IMG/VR virus record: IMGVR_UViG_2511231028_000004
Span: 8,448-72,447 of that record
DNA length: 64,000 nt
Reading direction: 5' to 3' (one strand)
From: a virus
Taxonomy: Duplodnaviria > Caudoviricetes
Shown: positions 36,697 to 45,988 of the stretch, one piece after another
Position numbering within the stretch: position 1 is the stretch's first letter
Layout: each line of letters opens with the position of its first letter
Made by a program: the position numbers and the translations under genes
Notes under the pieces: model-generated
Told to the model about the DNA's origin: nothing
The model's input: only the letters and a program-made list of their open reading frames with translations
The model's database searches: none

Positions 36697-37236
36697 GTGA
36701 TCGACCCGTCTGCGCAAATCCACCGGCTTGCGCTGGTTGAGGATTCCGAGATCGGTCCGCGGAGCCGCGTCTGGCAGTTCGCCAGCGTGATCCGGGGGAC
36801 CGTTCTCGGCGCCGACTGCAACGTCGCATCCTGCGCGACGCTCGACGGGCCCGTCTTCGGCGACCGCTGTATCATTTCGCAGGGCGCTGCGATGGGACCC
36901 GGGTTTCGGTTCGGCAGCGACATCTTCGTCGGGCCGAACGTCACGATCTGCAATGACCGCTGGCCGCGTGTGAGCAAGTCCGGATTCGACGCAGAGGCGT
37001 TCCGGCGCGGCGACTTCACCGTAGTGGTGAAGGATGGCGCCACGATCGGGGCGAACGCCGTGGTGTTGCCGGGCGTGATCATCGGCAAGCGGGTCATGGT
37101 CGCCGCCGGCGCGGTGGTCGATCGCGATATTCCGGACGACCACCTGTTCCGGCGCGACGGCCGGATAACACCTTTCAACCCGCGACGCAGTCCGCAGCGC
37201 ATGCGCATCGTGCTGATGCGGCAGGAGGTGGCGTAA
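36697..37236 (+). CDS. Hexapeptide-repeat (left-handed beta-helix) sugar acetyltransferase
   Basis: IGPRSRVWQFASV, IFVGPNVTICND, ATIGANAVVLPGVIIGKRVMVAAGAVVDRD. Confidence 0.88.
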   Translation: MIDPSAQIHRLALVEDSEIGPRSRVWQFASVIRGTVLGADCNVASCATLDGPVFGDRCIISQGAAMGPGFRFGSDIFVGPNVTICNDRWPRVSKSGFDAEAFRRGDFTVVVKDGATIGANAVVLPGVIIGKRVMVAAGAVVDRDIPDDHLFRRDGRITPFNPRRSPQRMRIVLMRQEVA

Positions 37237-37850
37237 TGCTGACGGTCGCCACGCTGCTTTGGGACCCGAACGAGGCCTCGCTGCCGTTCTCGCGCTGCTA
37301 TGACGAGTCCTGGGTGCGCAAGCTCCACGACGGCTTCGACCGGCACCTGAAGCAACCGTTCCGGTTCGTGTTGTTCACCGATCGTGACCGGCGGCTGCCG
37401 GCGCATATCGAGCAGGTCCGGATGAAGGCGAAGCCCCCGGACTATTCGTCCTGCATCGAGCCGTATCGGTTCGGCGTGCCGATGATCCTGGTCGGTCTCG
37501 ACACGATCATCACGGGTCCCATCGACCATCTGGCCAATTACTGCTTGAACGCCTCGACCATCGCTTTGCCGCGCGATCCCTTCATGCCATCGCGCGCATG
37601 CAACGGCGTGGCGCTGATTCCGGAAGGGCAGCAGCACGTCTGGCGCAACCACCGCGGCGAAAACGATATGGAATGGATGAGGGCGCAGGATCACGTCTTC
37701 ATCGACGATTTGTTTCCCGGGCAGGTGCAGAGCTTCAAGGGCCATGTCCGTGACCGTGGGCTGGCCGATACCCGGATTTGCTACTTTCACGGTGAGCAGA
37801 AGCCGCACCAGCTGCCACACGTGCCGTGGATCGCGGAGCATTGGCGATGA
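37236..37850 (+). CDS. Putative glycosyltransferase (GT-A-like)
   Basis: FRFVLFTD, ILVGLDTIITGPID (DxD-like), CNGVAL, ICYFHGEQKPH. Confidence 0.65.
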   Translation: MLTVATLLWDPNEASLPFSRCYDESWVRKLHDGFDRHLKQPFRFVLFTDRDRRLPAHIEQVRMKAKPPDYSSCIEPYRFGVPMILVGLDTIITGPIDHLANYCLNASTIALPRDPFMPSRACNGVALIPEGQQHVWRNHRGENDMEWMRAQDHVFIDDLFPGQVQSFKGHVRDRGLADTRICYFHGEQKPHQLPHVPWIAEHWR

Positions 37851-38038
37851 AGGTTGAAGATTGCTTCGTCAATGAGCGCGGGAATGCGATCAGAATGGTC
37901 GTAACCGGCGGGGGATCGTTGTCGACTTCGGTGAAGATATTCATGGCTGGCCCAACTAGCACGGTGACCAACGAAATCACCTTGATGGAAGCGCGGCGCT
38001 TGCGTGATCTTCTTAATGAGGTTGTCGGACAGCAATGA
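37847..38038 (+). CDS. Hypothetical protein
   Basis: 63 aa, ATGA overlap. Confidence 0.5.
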   Translation: MKVEDCFVNERGNAIRMVVTGGGSLSTSVKIFMAGPTSTVTNEITLMEARRLRDLLNEVVGQQ

Positions 38039-38676
38039 CCTCACGGGAGCTCGAATACTGGTCGCCCGAACCCCTGTTCAAGGGCGAGACGATCTTCTGC
38101 CTGGCGTCGGGTCCGAGCCTGACCGCGGACATCTGCGCGCGCATCCGTGGGCGCAGGACGATCGCGATCAACTCCAGCGCCGTGTTGGCGCCATGGGCCA
38201 GCGTCCTCTTCTTCACCGATTCCAGCTGGTATGAGGCGCGGCGCGATCTGGTGGCGAACTGGTGCGGCCTCGTGATCTCGATGTCGCGCACCGCCAAGCG
38301 AGAATTGCCGGACAAGGTCAAGCGGGTGCAGGGCGAGGGCGACCCGCAGGCACTGCCGGGCTTCAGCCGCGGCCCGCATGTGATCCAGCAGGGCCGGTCC
38401 AGCGGGCACACGGCGGTGAGCCTTGCGATCGCGCTCGGCGCTTCGCGGGTGGTTCTACTCGGCTACGACATGCGTTTCGTCGCCGGCCGCGAGCACTGCC
38501 ATGACGAGTACAAGGGCTCAGCGCGCGATGCCGAGATCTACAGCCGCGAGTTTGTGCCGGGCTTCGCTGGCTGGGATGAGGCCGCGCGCGCGGTCGGCGT
38601 CGAGGTCGTCAACGCGACCGAGGGCAGCGCGGTGAAGGAATTCCGGTTCGCGCCACTGGACGATGTGCTGAGGTGA
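38035..38676 (+). CDS. Maf/DUF115-like (sialyltransferase-like fold) protein
   Basis: CLASGPSL, IAINSS, SSGHTAVSLAIALGASRVVLLGYDM, VVNAT. Confidence 0.7.
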   Translation: MTSRELEYWSPEPLFKGETIFCLASGPSLTADICARIRGRRTIAINSSAVLAPWASVLFFTDSSWYEARRDLVANWCGLVISMSRTAKRELPDKVKRVQGEGDPQALPGFSRGPHVIQQGRSSGHTAVSLAIALGASRVVLLGYDMRFVAGREHCHDEYKGSARDAEIYSREFVPGFAGWDEAARAVGVEVVNATEGSAVKEFRFAPLDDVLR

Positions 38677-38686
38677 GATTGGTCGC

Positions 38687-40345
38687 ATGACCCAGCAGAA
38701 TATCAATACAGGGCTGTTTCCGGAGCAACTTCGCCGTGTCGCCCAAGATAACTTCGTCGATCTCTATGCGCAGTTGAACTCGGTTTACGCTCTGAGCCTC
38801 CAACCCCGCAATCTTAACGCGGGAATGTCCTCAGATCAGCTTCGCGCCGCCGCGCAGGCAAATTTCAGCGAGATCTATGCTGCTTTGCAAGCGCGCGGCG
38901 TCAACGGATCGCAGCAGCATCTCAATGCGGGCCTCGCGGTCGATCGCCTGCGATCTTTCGCGCAGCTCAACTTCACAGATCTGTATACGCTTCTTGCCGG
39001 AGCGAGCGCTGCGGTCAGAGTTGTTGCCGACACGACCAACAGCTTCTACGTCATGGCCCGCAGTCTGCGCGGGACGGCCTTTGCCTATCACTTTATCAGG
39101 AATTCCGGCGGCAACACCGCAACGGATCTCGGCGGCTCATGGCCAAACTGGCGTTATGCCGGCTGTGCCGAATTCCTCAGTGTCTCGCTGGCGCCGACAG
39201 GAACGCCCTTGCGGACGTTTTCGAACGACACCGGCGCGCAGGACTACGCCTTCGTGCTTCCGACTTCGTCCGTCAAGTTTGCCGGCTCCTATCACGGTGT
39301 TGGTGCAGGAGGCTCCCTGACCGCCGAGACCCTTACGATCGACGGGCAGGCGTTCGACCCGACGTCGAGCGCCGCCGTAGGCAGCCAGGTCATCCTGACG
39401 CATAGCGTATCGATCACCGATGGTTCCAGTACAGTCACCGTGACCGGCTTCACTGTGACGATCGATGCGAGCGGAATCGTATTCAATCCAGGCACGATTT
39501 CGTCCAGCGCGGTTCTGTCGACCGCGTTCGTTGGTATGGCCATCGCTACGGGCTCGTTTGATGAGGGCACGCTCACCCTGACCAGCGGCACCACGGAGTA
39601 CAAGACGCCGATCTCGACAGGCACGACGACCTATGGCCGCACCTATATGCAGAAGGCCAATATGGTGAGCTTGCGCAAGACGTCGGATGGTCTGACTGTC
39701 CGCGTTTCCCATGGAGGAACGGCGCTTGCGGGTTATCGTCGGACTTCTGTGGTACGCGACACCGTCCTCAACCGGGCGAAGCTCTATTTCGATTTCGGCA
39801 ATTCCGGGGGTGCATTCGGGTCATTGTCCGGATTTACGTGGTCGCAGAGCTACGAGCTCGGCGCCGCCGGTGCGACATCGTTCGCCGCCAACCTGATCAC
39901 CAATGGCGCCTTTGCGGCGAACATCAACAACTGGACGACGACCTCTGGCAGCGTCGCATGGAACGCGGCGGGCGTGATGCGGCATTCGAGATCCGCAACG
40001 GGAACGGACGATCGGAGCTTGCAGGCGATCACGACGGTCGTGGGCGCGCCCTACCTGCTCGCGGCAGAGAACACGTACACGCCGGTCGGGCCCGGTAATG
40101 CCGGGACCTACGTCAATCCCGGCTCTATTGCGCTCGGCAGTGCATCGAACGGCAGCCTGATCACGCCCGCGCCGGCCTATGCCAAGGTGGCGTTCGACCA
40201 GAACGGGTACAACGCTCATGTCGTTATCCCGACCCAGACGACACAGTACCCCATGCTGATCCTGGAGGCACAGGGCGCAGCAAACACACTGGTTGGCGAC
40301 ACCTCGGACTTCGACAACGTGTCGATGTTCGCACTGGCGGCTTAG
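38687..40345 (+). CDS. Putative virion fibre/appendage protein
   Basis: Three N-terminal repeats N(T/A)G..D.LR..AQ.NF..(L/I)Y, Ser/Thr-rich beta body, C-terminal NLITNGAF carbohydrate-binding-like domain. Confidence 0.6.
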   Translation: MTQQNINTGLFPEQLRRVAQDNFVDLYAQLNSVYALSLQPRNLNAGMSSDQLRAAAQANFSEIYAALQARGVNGSQQHLNAGLAVDRLRSFAQLNFTDLYTLLAGASAAVRVVADTTNSFYVMARSLRGTAFAYHFIRNSGGNTATDLGGSWPNWRYAGCAEFLSVSLAPTGTPLRTFSNDTGAQDYAFVLPTSSVKFAGSYHGVGAGGSLTAETLTIDGQAFDPTSSAAVGSQVILTHSVSITDGSSTVTVTGFTVTIDASGIVFNPGTISSSAVLSTAFVGMAIATGSFDEGTLTLTSGTTEYKTPISTGTTTYGRTYMQKANMVSLRKTSDGLTVRVSHGGTALAGYRRTSVVRDTVLNRAKLYFDFGNSGGAFGSLSGFTWSQSYELGAAGATSFAANLITNGAFAANINNWTTTSGSVAWNAAGVMRHSRSATGTDDRSLQAITTVVGAPYLLAAENTYTPVGPGNAGTYVNPGSIALGSASNGSLITPAPAYAKVAFDQNGYNAHVVIPTQTTQYPMLILEAQGAANTLVGDTSDFDNVSMFALAA

Positions 40346-40399
40346 GTCGCGCTGCTTGGCGGCTGTGATGTTGCAATGCCAAAAGGTTGAAATGTCGTC

Positions 40400-41044
40400 A
40401 TGAGATCGATCGTCATAGTCGCATCGCCTGCCTCGGATACGGCACTGACGACCCTGGAGCGCGTCAAGCTCGAACTCGACATTTCCTCCGGCGACACCAG
40501 CAACGACACGGTTCTCCAGGAGAAGATCGACGAGGCTTCGGACGACATCGAGGCGTCGCTCGGCTTTCGCCTGGTGCGGGAGAGCGCGGTCGAGACCTTC
40601 TGGCATGAGCAATATGACAACGCGCCGGAGAAGCTGGTCCTGGACCGGACGCCGGTGGCGTCGATCGCGAGCGTGATCGTCGATGGGGTCACGGTTGATC
40701 CGTCGGCCTATCGCTATGATCCCAACACGGGCGAGCTGTTCGCGCTCTGCAATGGCTATCCGCATGTCTGGATCTTCTGCCAGAGCGTCGTCGTGACCTA
40801 TGACGGGGGCTACATCCTGCCGGGCGCGAGCAACCGGACCTTGCCCAAGGGCATCGAGGGCGCCTGCGTTGCGCTGGTGTCGAGCTTCTGGGCGGCGAAG
40901 GGGCGGGATCCGACGAAGAAGTCGGAGGATGTGCCCGGGGTCGGACGCGTCGAATATTGGGTGGGAACTGTCGGCGAGGCCGGCGAGCTGCCGCCCGATA
41001 TTGTTGCCAGGCTTGCGCCCTTTCGAAGGCCGGTGGTGGCATGA
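40400..41044 (+). CDS. Head-tail connector (adaptor)
   Basis: LTTLERVKLEL, PVASIASV, VTYDGGY, PKGIEGAC; located before the neck genes. Confidence 0.8.
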   Translation: MRSIVIVASPASDTALTTLERVKLELDISSGDTSNDTVLQEKIDEASDDIEASLGFRLVRESAVETFWHEQYDNAPEKLVLDRTPVASIASVIVDGVTVDPSAYRYDPNTGELFALCNGYPHVWIFCQSVVVTYDGGYILPGASNRTLPKGIEGACVALVSSFWAAKGRDPTKKSEDVPGVGRVEYWVGTVGEAGELPPDIVARLAPFRRPVVA

Positions 41045-41415
41045 CCGCAGACCAGGCCATTGCGATGCTCGATCGCATGCTGTTGACGCAGGAGGGGGAA
41101 GACATCGTTCTTACGCGCGAGGACGACGACAACAACGTCATCGCATCTGTCACATGCCGTGCTCGCGTCGACCGCACCAAGGCAGACGACGCTCCCGCCG
41201 GCATTGCGCGGTCAGGATTTACTCTCATCCTGTCACCGACTCCGTTGCTCGCAGCCGGATGGCCGGATGGCGATCCGGCCAACATCGTCCCAGTCGAGAA
41301 CGAGGGCGACAAGGTCGCGCTCGATAGTTCTGATCGCCGCCAAACCGTGGTGTGGGTCGATGCACCAAAAATCGGTAATAGGGTGGTTCGGATCAATCTG
41401 AGGATTTCGGGCTGA
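41041..41415 (+). CDS. Probable head-closure/neck protein
   Basis: Position and ATGA overlap. Confidence 0.55.
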   Translation: MTADQAIAMLDRMLLTQEGEDIVLTREDDDNNVIASVTCRARVDRTKADDAPAGIARSGFTLILSPTPLLAAGWPDGDPANIVPVENEGDKVALDSSDRRQTVVWVDAPKIGNRVVRINLRISG

Positions 41416-41831
41416 TGGCGCTGACGGACCCAGCTGCGGATCTTCGCGCTGCGATCGAGGCAAAGCTGTTGGCGACGCCGGCGCTGTTCGCGTTGATCGA
41501 GAAACGCATCTTCGATCGCGTTCCGGCAAAACCGGATTATCCGCTGGTGACCATCGGCAACATCCAGGTCTTGCCGGAGTCTGCCGACGGCGTCGATGCG
41601 GCAGAGTCCATCGTCACGGTGCACGTCTGGGATCAGTACAAGCGCGCCGACAAGGCTAAGCCGGTTGGCGCGCTCGTCATCAGCGCGTTGCATGAGGAAG
41701 AGTTGCAGACCGACGGCGTCGGCACACAGTCAATACTGCTCGAAAGCGCGAACTATCTGCGCGACCCCGACGGCGTCACCAACCACGGCATCCTCACCTT
41801 CAGCATCCTCACGGATGCGAACACCGATTGA
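41415..41831 (+). CDS. Tail terminator (DUF3168-like)
   Basis: LRAAIEAKL...RIFDRVPAKPDYPLVTIG, VHVWD, NHGILTF. Confidence 0.82.
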   Translation: MALTDPAADLRAAIEAKLLATPALFALIEKRIFDRVPAKPDYPLVTIGNIQVLPESADGVDAAESIVTVHVWDQYKRADKAKPVGALVISALHEEELQTDGVGTQSILLESANYLRDPDGVTNHGILTFSILTDANTD

Positions 41832-41872
41832 TTTAGTTTCCGCGTCTCAACCTCAGCAGGAGCTCAAGAGCC

Positions 41873-42373
41873 ATGACTTCGCTCTCCACCAACGTGCGCG
41901 CGTCGATTTCCGCAGTGAACAAGAAGAGCCTCGACGGACGCGACGTCGTCGACAAGATGCCGGAGTCTGCCGACGTGCTGATCGCGAGCGGGACCGGCTA
42001 CGGCAAGGCCGACATTGCGTTCATGGACATCCGTACGCTCGCATCGAACACCAGCGAAAACCTCGATCTCGCCGGCAGCCTGACCGACGCCTTCGGCGCC
42101 ACTATCACCTTTGCCAAGCTCAAGGCGATCGAGATCGAGAACCCGGAAGCCTCGACCACAAACCTGACGGTCGGTGCGGCGGGCTCGAACACGTTCGTCG
42201 GCCCGTTCGCCGACGCGACCGACGCGATCATCCTGAAGCCTGGCGACAAGTTCGTCGCCGTTAGCCGGACCGGATGGACGGTCACCGCAAGCACCGGCGA
42301 CATCTTGAAGGTGGCCAACGCTTCGGGCGCGGCTGTCAGCTACACCGTCAAGCTGATCGGCGCATCAGCCTAG
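41873..42373 (+). CDS. Hypothetical virion structural protein
   Basis: Beta-rich 166 aa in the tail module; CAGGAG Shine-Dalgarno. Confidence 0.65.
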   Translation: MTSLSTNVRASISAVNKKSLDGRDVVDKMPESADVLIASGTGYGKADIAFMDIRTLASNTSENLDLAGSLTDAFGATITFAKLKAIEIENPEASTTNLTVGAAGSNTFVGPFADATDAIILKPGDKFVAVSRTGWTVTASTGDILKVANASGAAVSYTVKLIGASA

Positions 42374-42407
42374 CCCGCCAGCGACTTTCGGACAGGGGAT
42401 CTTCGCT

Positions 42408-42893
42408 GTGGGCAACAATCCCAGTGTCAAGCAGTTCAAGACGGACATGCTGTCACTGAAAAACCAGGTGGCGAAGAAGTTTCGCAACCAGTTCCTCGCG
42501 CAGGCCGCAGAGCTGCGCGAGAACATTCAGGTAGCGATCCAGCACAATATCACTGGGCATCTGCACGATTCGGTGCGCGTTAAAGACGTGTCCACCGATA
42601 CCAAGCCGTCCGTCCTGGTCCTCGCCGGCGGCCCGTTGACGACAAAGCGCACCGATGCAGGCGCATTTGACTATGCGCTCGCCGAGGAATTCGGGACGGT
42701 CAAGGAAGAAGCACTTCCATTCTTCTATCCGACCGTTCGCGGTTACAAGAACGCCTTCCGCGAGGGCGCTCGCGAGACTTTCCAAGAGACGATCGAAGAG
42801 AGCAACAAGATCCGCGCTGCGAGAGCCAGCAATAGCGGTGCTGCCGGTCAGACGGCGGCCTATCGCGGCGCCCTGACGCTGCGGCGTTCGTAA
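42408..42893 (+). CDS. HK97 gp10-like neck/tail-completion protein
   Basis: TGHLHDSV, DYALAEEFGT, PFFYP. Confidence 0.75.
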   Translation: MGNNPSVKQFKTDMLSLKNQVAKKFRNQFLAQAAELRENIQVAIQHNITGHLHDSVRVKDVSTDTKPSVLVLAGGPLTTKRTDAGAFDYALAEEFGTVKEEALPFFYPTVRGYKNAFREGARETFQETIEESNKIRAARASNSGAAGQTAAYRGALTLRRS

Positions 42894-42922
42894 AGAAGTC
42901 AACTCGAAAGGAGATCGCCGCC

Positions 42923-43339
42923 ATGGCGCAAGCCCAGACGCTGAAATATTCGACGTTTCTGATCCAGCTCGGCAGCGGTTCGCCGACTGTCTACGCTTCG
43001 CCTTGCGGCCTCAACTCAAAGGGCTTCTCGCGTACGGCTGCAACCAACGACACCAACGTGCCGGATTGCGATGATCCGGATGCGCCGTCCTGGCTCGAGC
43101 GCGACGTCGTTTCGCTGTCGGGACAGATGACCGGGGCCGGCGTGGTAGCGGACGAAGATTTCGACGTCTGGAACGACTGGTTCGAATCCGGCGCATCCCT
43201 GCCTGTACAGATCAAGCTCGGCACGCGGACATGGCAAGGAAATGCGATCCTGTCCAAGCTCGATGTCACCGCCAGCCGTGGCCAGCGCGTCAATTTTTCT
43301 GCAACGATCGACAGTGACGGCGAGATCCTCAAGCTGTGA
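42923..43339 (+). CDS. Major tail (tube) protein
   Basis: PCGLNSKGF, VPDCDDPDAPSW, LSGQMTGAGV, DSDGE. Confidence 0.85.
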   Translation: MAQAQTLKYSTFLIQLGSGSPTVYASPCGLNSKGFSRTAATNDTNVPDCDDPDAPSWLERDVVSLSGQMTGAGVVADEDFDVWNDWFESGASLPVQIKLGTRTWQGNAILSKLDVTASRGQRVNFSATIDSDGEILKL

Positions 43340-43734
43340 GCGAGATCGATCTGATCTGGGGAAGCGGTCAGCACGCATTCAAGTTCGGGCTGGGGCAGTT
43401 CCGCGCGCTCCAGGAGAACGTCAACCGGCGGCGCCTGGCGATCGGGGCGCCGCTGGTAGGTCCGATGGACCTGGTCGAGCAGCTCAGGGCCAAGAACCTC
43501 TGGCCGGACGATTTGCGCGATATCCTGCGCCTCGGCCTGATCGGCGGCGGTATGACGCCGCGCGATGCGCACATCGAGATGACGCAGAGTTTCGATGACA
43601 CGCCGCCGCTCGAGCACGTGAAGCCTGCGCTGTCGGTCCTGCTCGCCGGACTGGTCGGGCCGCCGTCCGCGGCGGTGCCTGACGACGCAAAAAAAAAGAC
43701 GATGACGAAGGCGGCCCCGTCGATTTTGCCGTGA
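43336..43734 (+). CDS. Tail assembly chaperone G (GTA-gp10-like)
   Basis: FKFGLGQFRALQE, DLRDILRLGLIGGGM; slippery site near the 3' end. Confidence 0.85.
   Translation: MSEIDLIWGSGQHAFKFGLGQFRALQENVNRRRLAIGAPLVGPMDLVEQLRAKNLWPDDLRDILRLGLIGGGMTPRDAHIEMTQSFDDTPPLEHVKPALSVLLAGLVGPPSAAVPDDAKKKTMTKAAPSILP
43689..43698 (+). other. Programmed -1 frameshift site (A AAA AAG) for the G-T chaperone fusion
   Basis: GCA AAA AAA AAG in frame; the -1 frame runs without a stop into ORF 43731..43916. Confidence 0.8.
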
Positions 43735-43916
43735 TCTACGGCAACGGCGCGGCGATGGGCTTTGCGCCCGACCAGGTCGACCGCATGTCGTTCTGGCAGT
43801 TCCGCGCCTGCATCGATGGTTTCAACAAGGCCAACGGCGGCGAGGAAACCATTCCGCCACCGACCGATGCCGAATTTGACGCGCTCCTGCAAGGGAAGCC
43901 CCTGAATGTCGACTGA
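43731..43916 (+). CDS. Tail assembly chaperone T portion
   Basis: GFAPDQVDRMSFWQFRAC; lies in the -1 frame of G. Confidence 0.75.
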   Translation: MIYGNGAAMGFAPDQVDRMSFWQFRACIDGFNKANGGEETIPPPTDAEFDALLQGKPLNVD

Positions 43917-45876
43917 TCTCGTCGCCGTGCTCGGCGCTCGTCTCGACCAGTTCTCATCTGATCTCGATCAGGCGGGCAACATGGCCGATGACGCGATCTC
44001 GCGCATCGAGTCCGCATTCGACGGGCTCAATCCGGGCTTTGCCGGACTGTCAGGCCTCGGCGCCGTGATCGGCGGCGCGACTGCGGCCGCCGGCGCCTTG
44101 CTGGCGGCGATGACCAGCATCAATTCCGAGGTCGCCAGCATCGGCAAGAACGCCGAATTCGTCGGTCAGAGCGTGGCGGATTTCCAGCGCACGTTGTTCG
44201 CGGCCGGGCAGGGCGGCGTCTCCAGCGAACAGGCGACCAAGGACCTGCGCGGTCTCGCAACGCTGCTGGCCGATGCCAAGGAAAACGAGAACTCGCTGAC
44301 CAAGCTGCTCGACGCCAACAACGTCAAATACAAGGACCGTACCGGGCAGGTCATCAACACCAGTCAGGCGCTGAAGGTCGCGGAGGATCTGATCGGCCGC
44401 TTCCAGTCATTGCCGGAAAAAACCAAGGCAGCCGAGATGCTCGGCCTGTCCGAGGGTTGGGTACGTGCGCTGACCGAAGCCGCGGGCGGCTTTCAGGCGG
44501 TCGCGGCTCGCGCCGACGCCGCCGGCGTCGTGATTGACGCGGCCACGGTCGCCAAGGCCGAGCTGTTCGAGCGCGCATGGCAGCAGTCGACCGACGCATG
44601 GGGGAAGCAGTTCAAGTCGGTCGCCGGGGATGTTGCCGTCTATCTCGGCGGCCTGATCGACCAGGCCGGCGAGTTTCTTCAAAAGTCATTAGCGGCGAAT
44701 GGAATCAAGCCCGGCGACAATAACGAAAAGTTCAACGCGACGATGGACGCGCTCGACATCGCCCGCAAGGATGCGCTGGGTCTGGCGCAGGATGTCGACC
44801 AGCTCACGCGCGTCATCGATCGCATGGCCCGGACTGGCGGCGATCCCGACATCATCGCGGGGCTCGAAGCAGCGCGCTTCAAGGCGCAGGTTTTCCGCAT
44901 GGAATTGGAGAAAGCGCAGGCCGCGGCGGCCAAGGCCGAGTTTCCGGACGGCGTGCCGCTCCCGGCGGCAAGGCCTGCCTCGGCCAATGATCCTGATCCG
45001 AATGCAGCCAGGCTGCCGGTCCGCAAGAAGGGCAGCGACAAGCGCGATCAGTTCGATATCGCGGTTGACGACATCACCAAGCGCACCGCGACCATCAAGG
45101 CCGACACGGCTGCGATGTTCCAGAACAACGTGGCGCAGGCGCAGATGCGCGCCGAGTTCCGCGAGCTGACCGCGATCATGCGCGACAATGGCGAGGTGAC
45201 GCAGGAGCGGATCGACAAATACGAGGATCTTCGCAAGACGATGTCAGCACAGCAGGCGCTCGAAGCGGCCGGCATCACGCTGACCGCCGATCACGCGCAG
45301 AAATTTCTCAGTTCGTCGCAGGCAATCGCCTCGGCAACAGCGTCTTATGACGCGGCCAAAAAATCGCTGACCGAGATCAACGGCGCCAGCGCGCAGCTCG
45401 GCGGCGCTCTCTCGACCGCATTCTCGGACGCGATTTTCGAAGCCAAAAGCCTCGACCAGGTCGTATCCAACCTCGCCAAGACGATCGGCAAAGCCGGCAT
45501 CAACTCGCTTGCTGCCTCGTTCTTCAATGCGCCGGCCTCCGGCGGCCTGTCGCCGTTTGCCTCGATCTTCAAAAGCTTCATTCCGGGCTTCGCCGGCGGC
45601 ACGGATTCAGCGCCAGGCGGGCTGGCGTGGGTCGGTGAAAGCGGCAGGGAATTGGTCAACCTGCCGCGCGGCTCTCAGGTTATCCCGAACGACGTCGCTC
45701 GCCAGATGACCGGCGGTTCGACCATCCAGAACGTGTTCCATGTCGCTGGCGACGTCACGCCGGGAACGGTCGACCGGCTGCACGCCATGGTGATCGCCGC
45801 CAACCAGAAGGCGGACCGGGTGACGCGGATCGTCTCCTCGGCGCAGAGCTACAACGCGACTGGGGTAGGCCGGTGA
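43906..45876 (+). CDS. Tail tape measure protein
   Basis: 656 aa, Ala-rich helical; C-terminal PGFAGGT...AWVGESGRELV motif; follows the chaperones. Confidence 0.9.
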   Translation: MSTDLVAVLGARLDQFSSDLDQAGNMADDAISRIESAFDGLNPGFAGLSGLGAVIGGATAAAGALLAAMTSINSEVASIGKNAEFVGQSVADFQRTLFAAGQGGVSSEQATKDLRGLATLLADAKENENSLTKLLDANNVKYKDRTGQVINTSQALKVAEDLIGRFQSLPEKTKAAEMLGLSEGWVRALTEAAGGFQAVAARADAAGVVIDAATVAKAELFERAWQQSTDAWGKQFKSVAGDVAVYLGGLIDQAGEFLQKSLAANGIKPGDNNEKFNATMDALDIARKDALGLAQDVDQLTRVIDRMARTGGDPDIIAGLEAARFKAQVFRMELEKAQAAAAKAEFPDGVPLPAARPASANDPDPNAARLPVRKKGSDKRDQFDIAVDDITKRTATIKADTAAMFQNNVAQAQMRAEFRELTAIMRDNGEVTQERIDKYEDLRKTMSAQQALEAAGITLTADHAQKFLSSSQAIASATASYDAAKKSLTEINGASAQLGGALSTAFSDAIFEAKSLDQVVSNLAKTIGKAGINSLAASFFNAPASGGLSPFASIFKSFIPGFAGGTDSAPGGLAWVGESGRELVNLPRGSQVIPNDVARQMTGGSTIQNVFHVAGDVTPGTVDRLHAMVIAANQKADRVTRIVSSAQSYNATGVGR

Positions 45877-45988
45877 TCGACTATGCGCTCGCGCATCCTC
45901 AACTGATGGCTTTGGCGGTCGCCGCTTGGGCTCTCGCGCGTCTCCTGCGCTGGATGCTGACGCCGGCACCGCGTGACTGGCTGGACTG

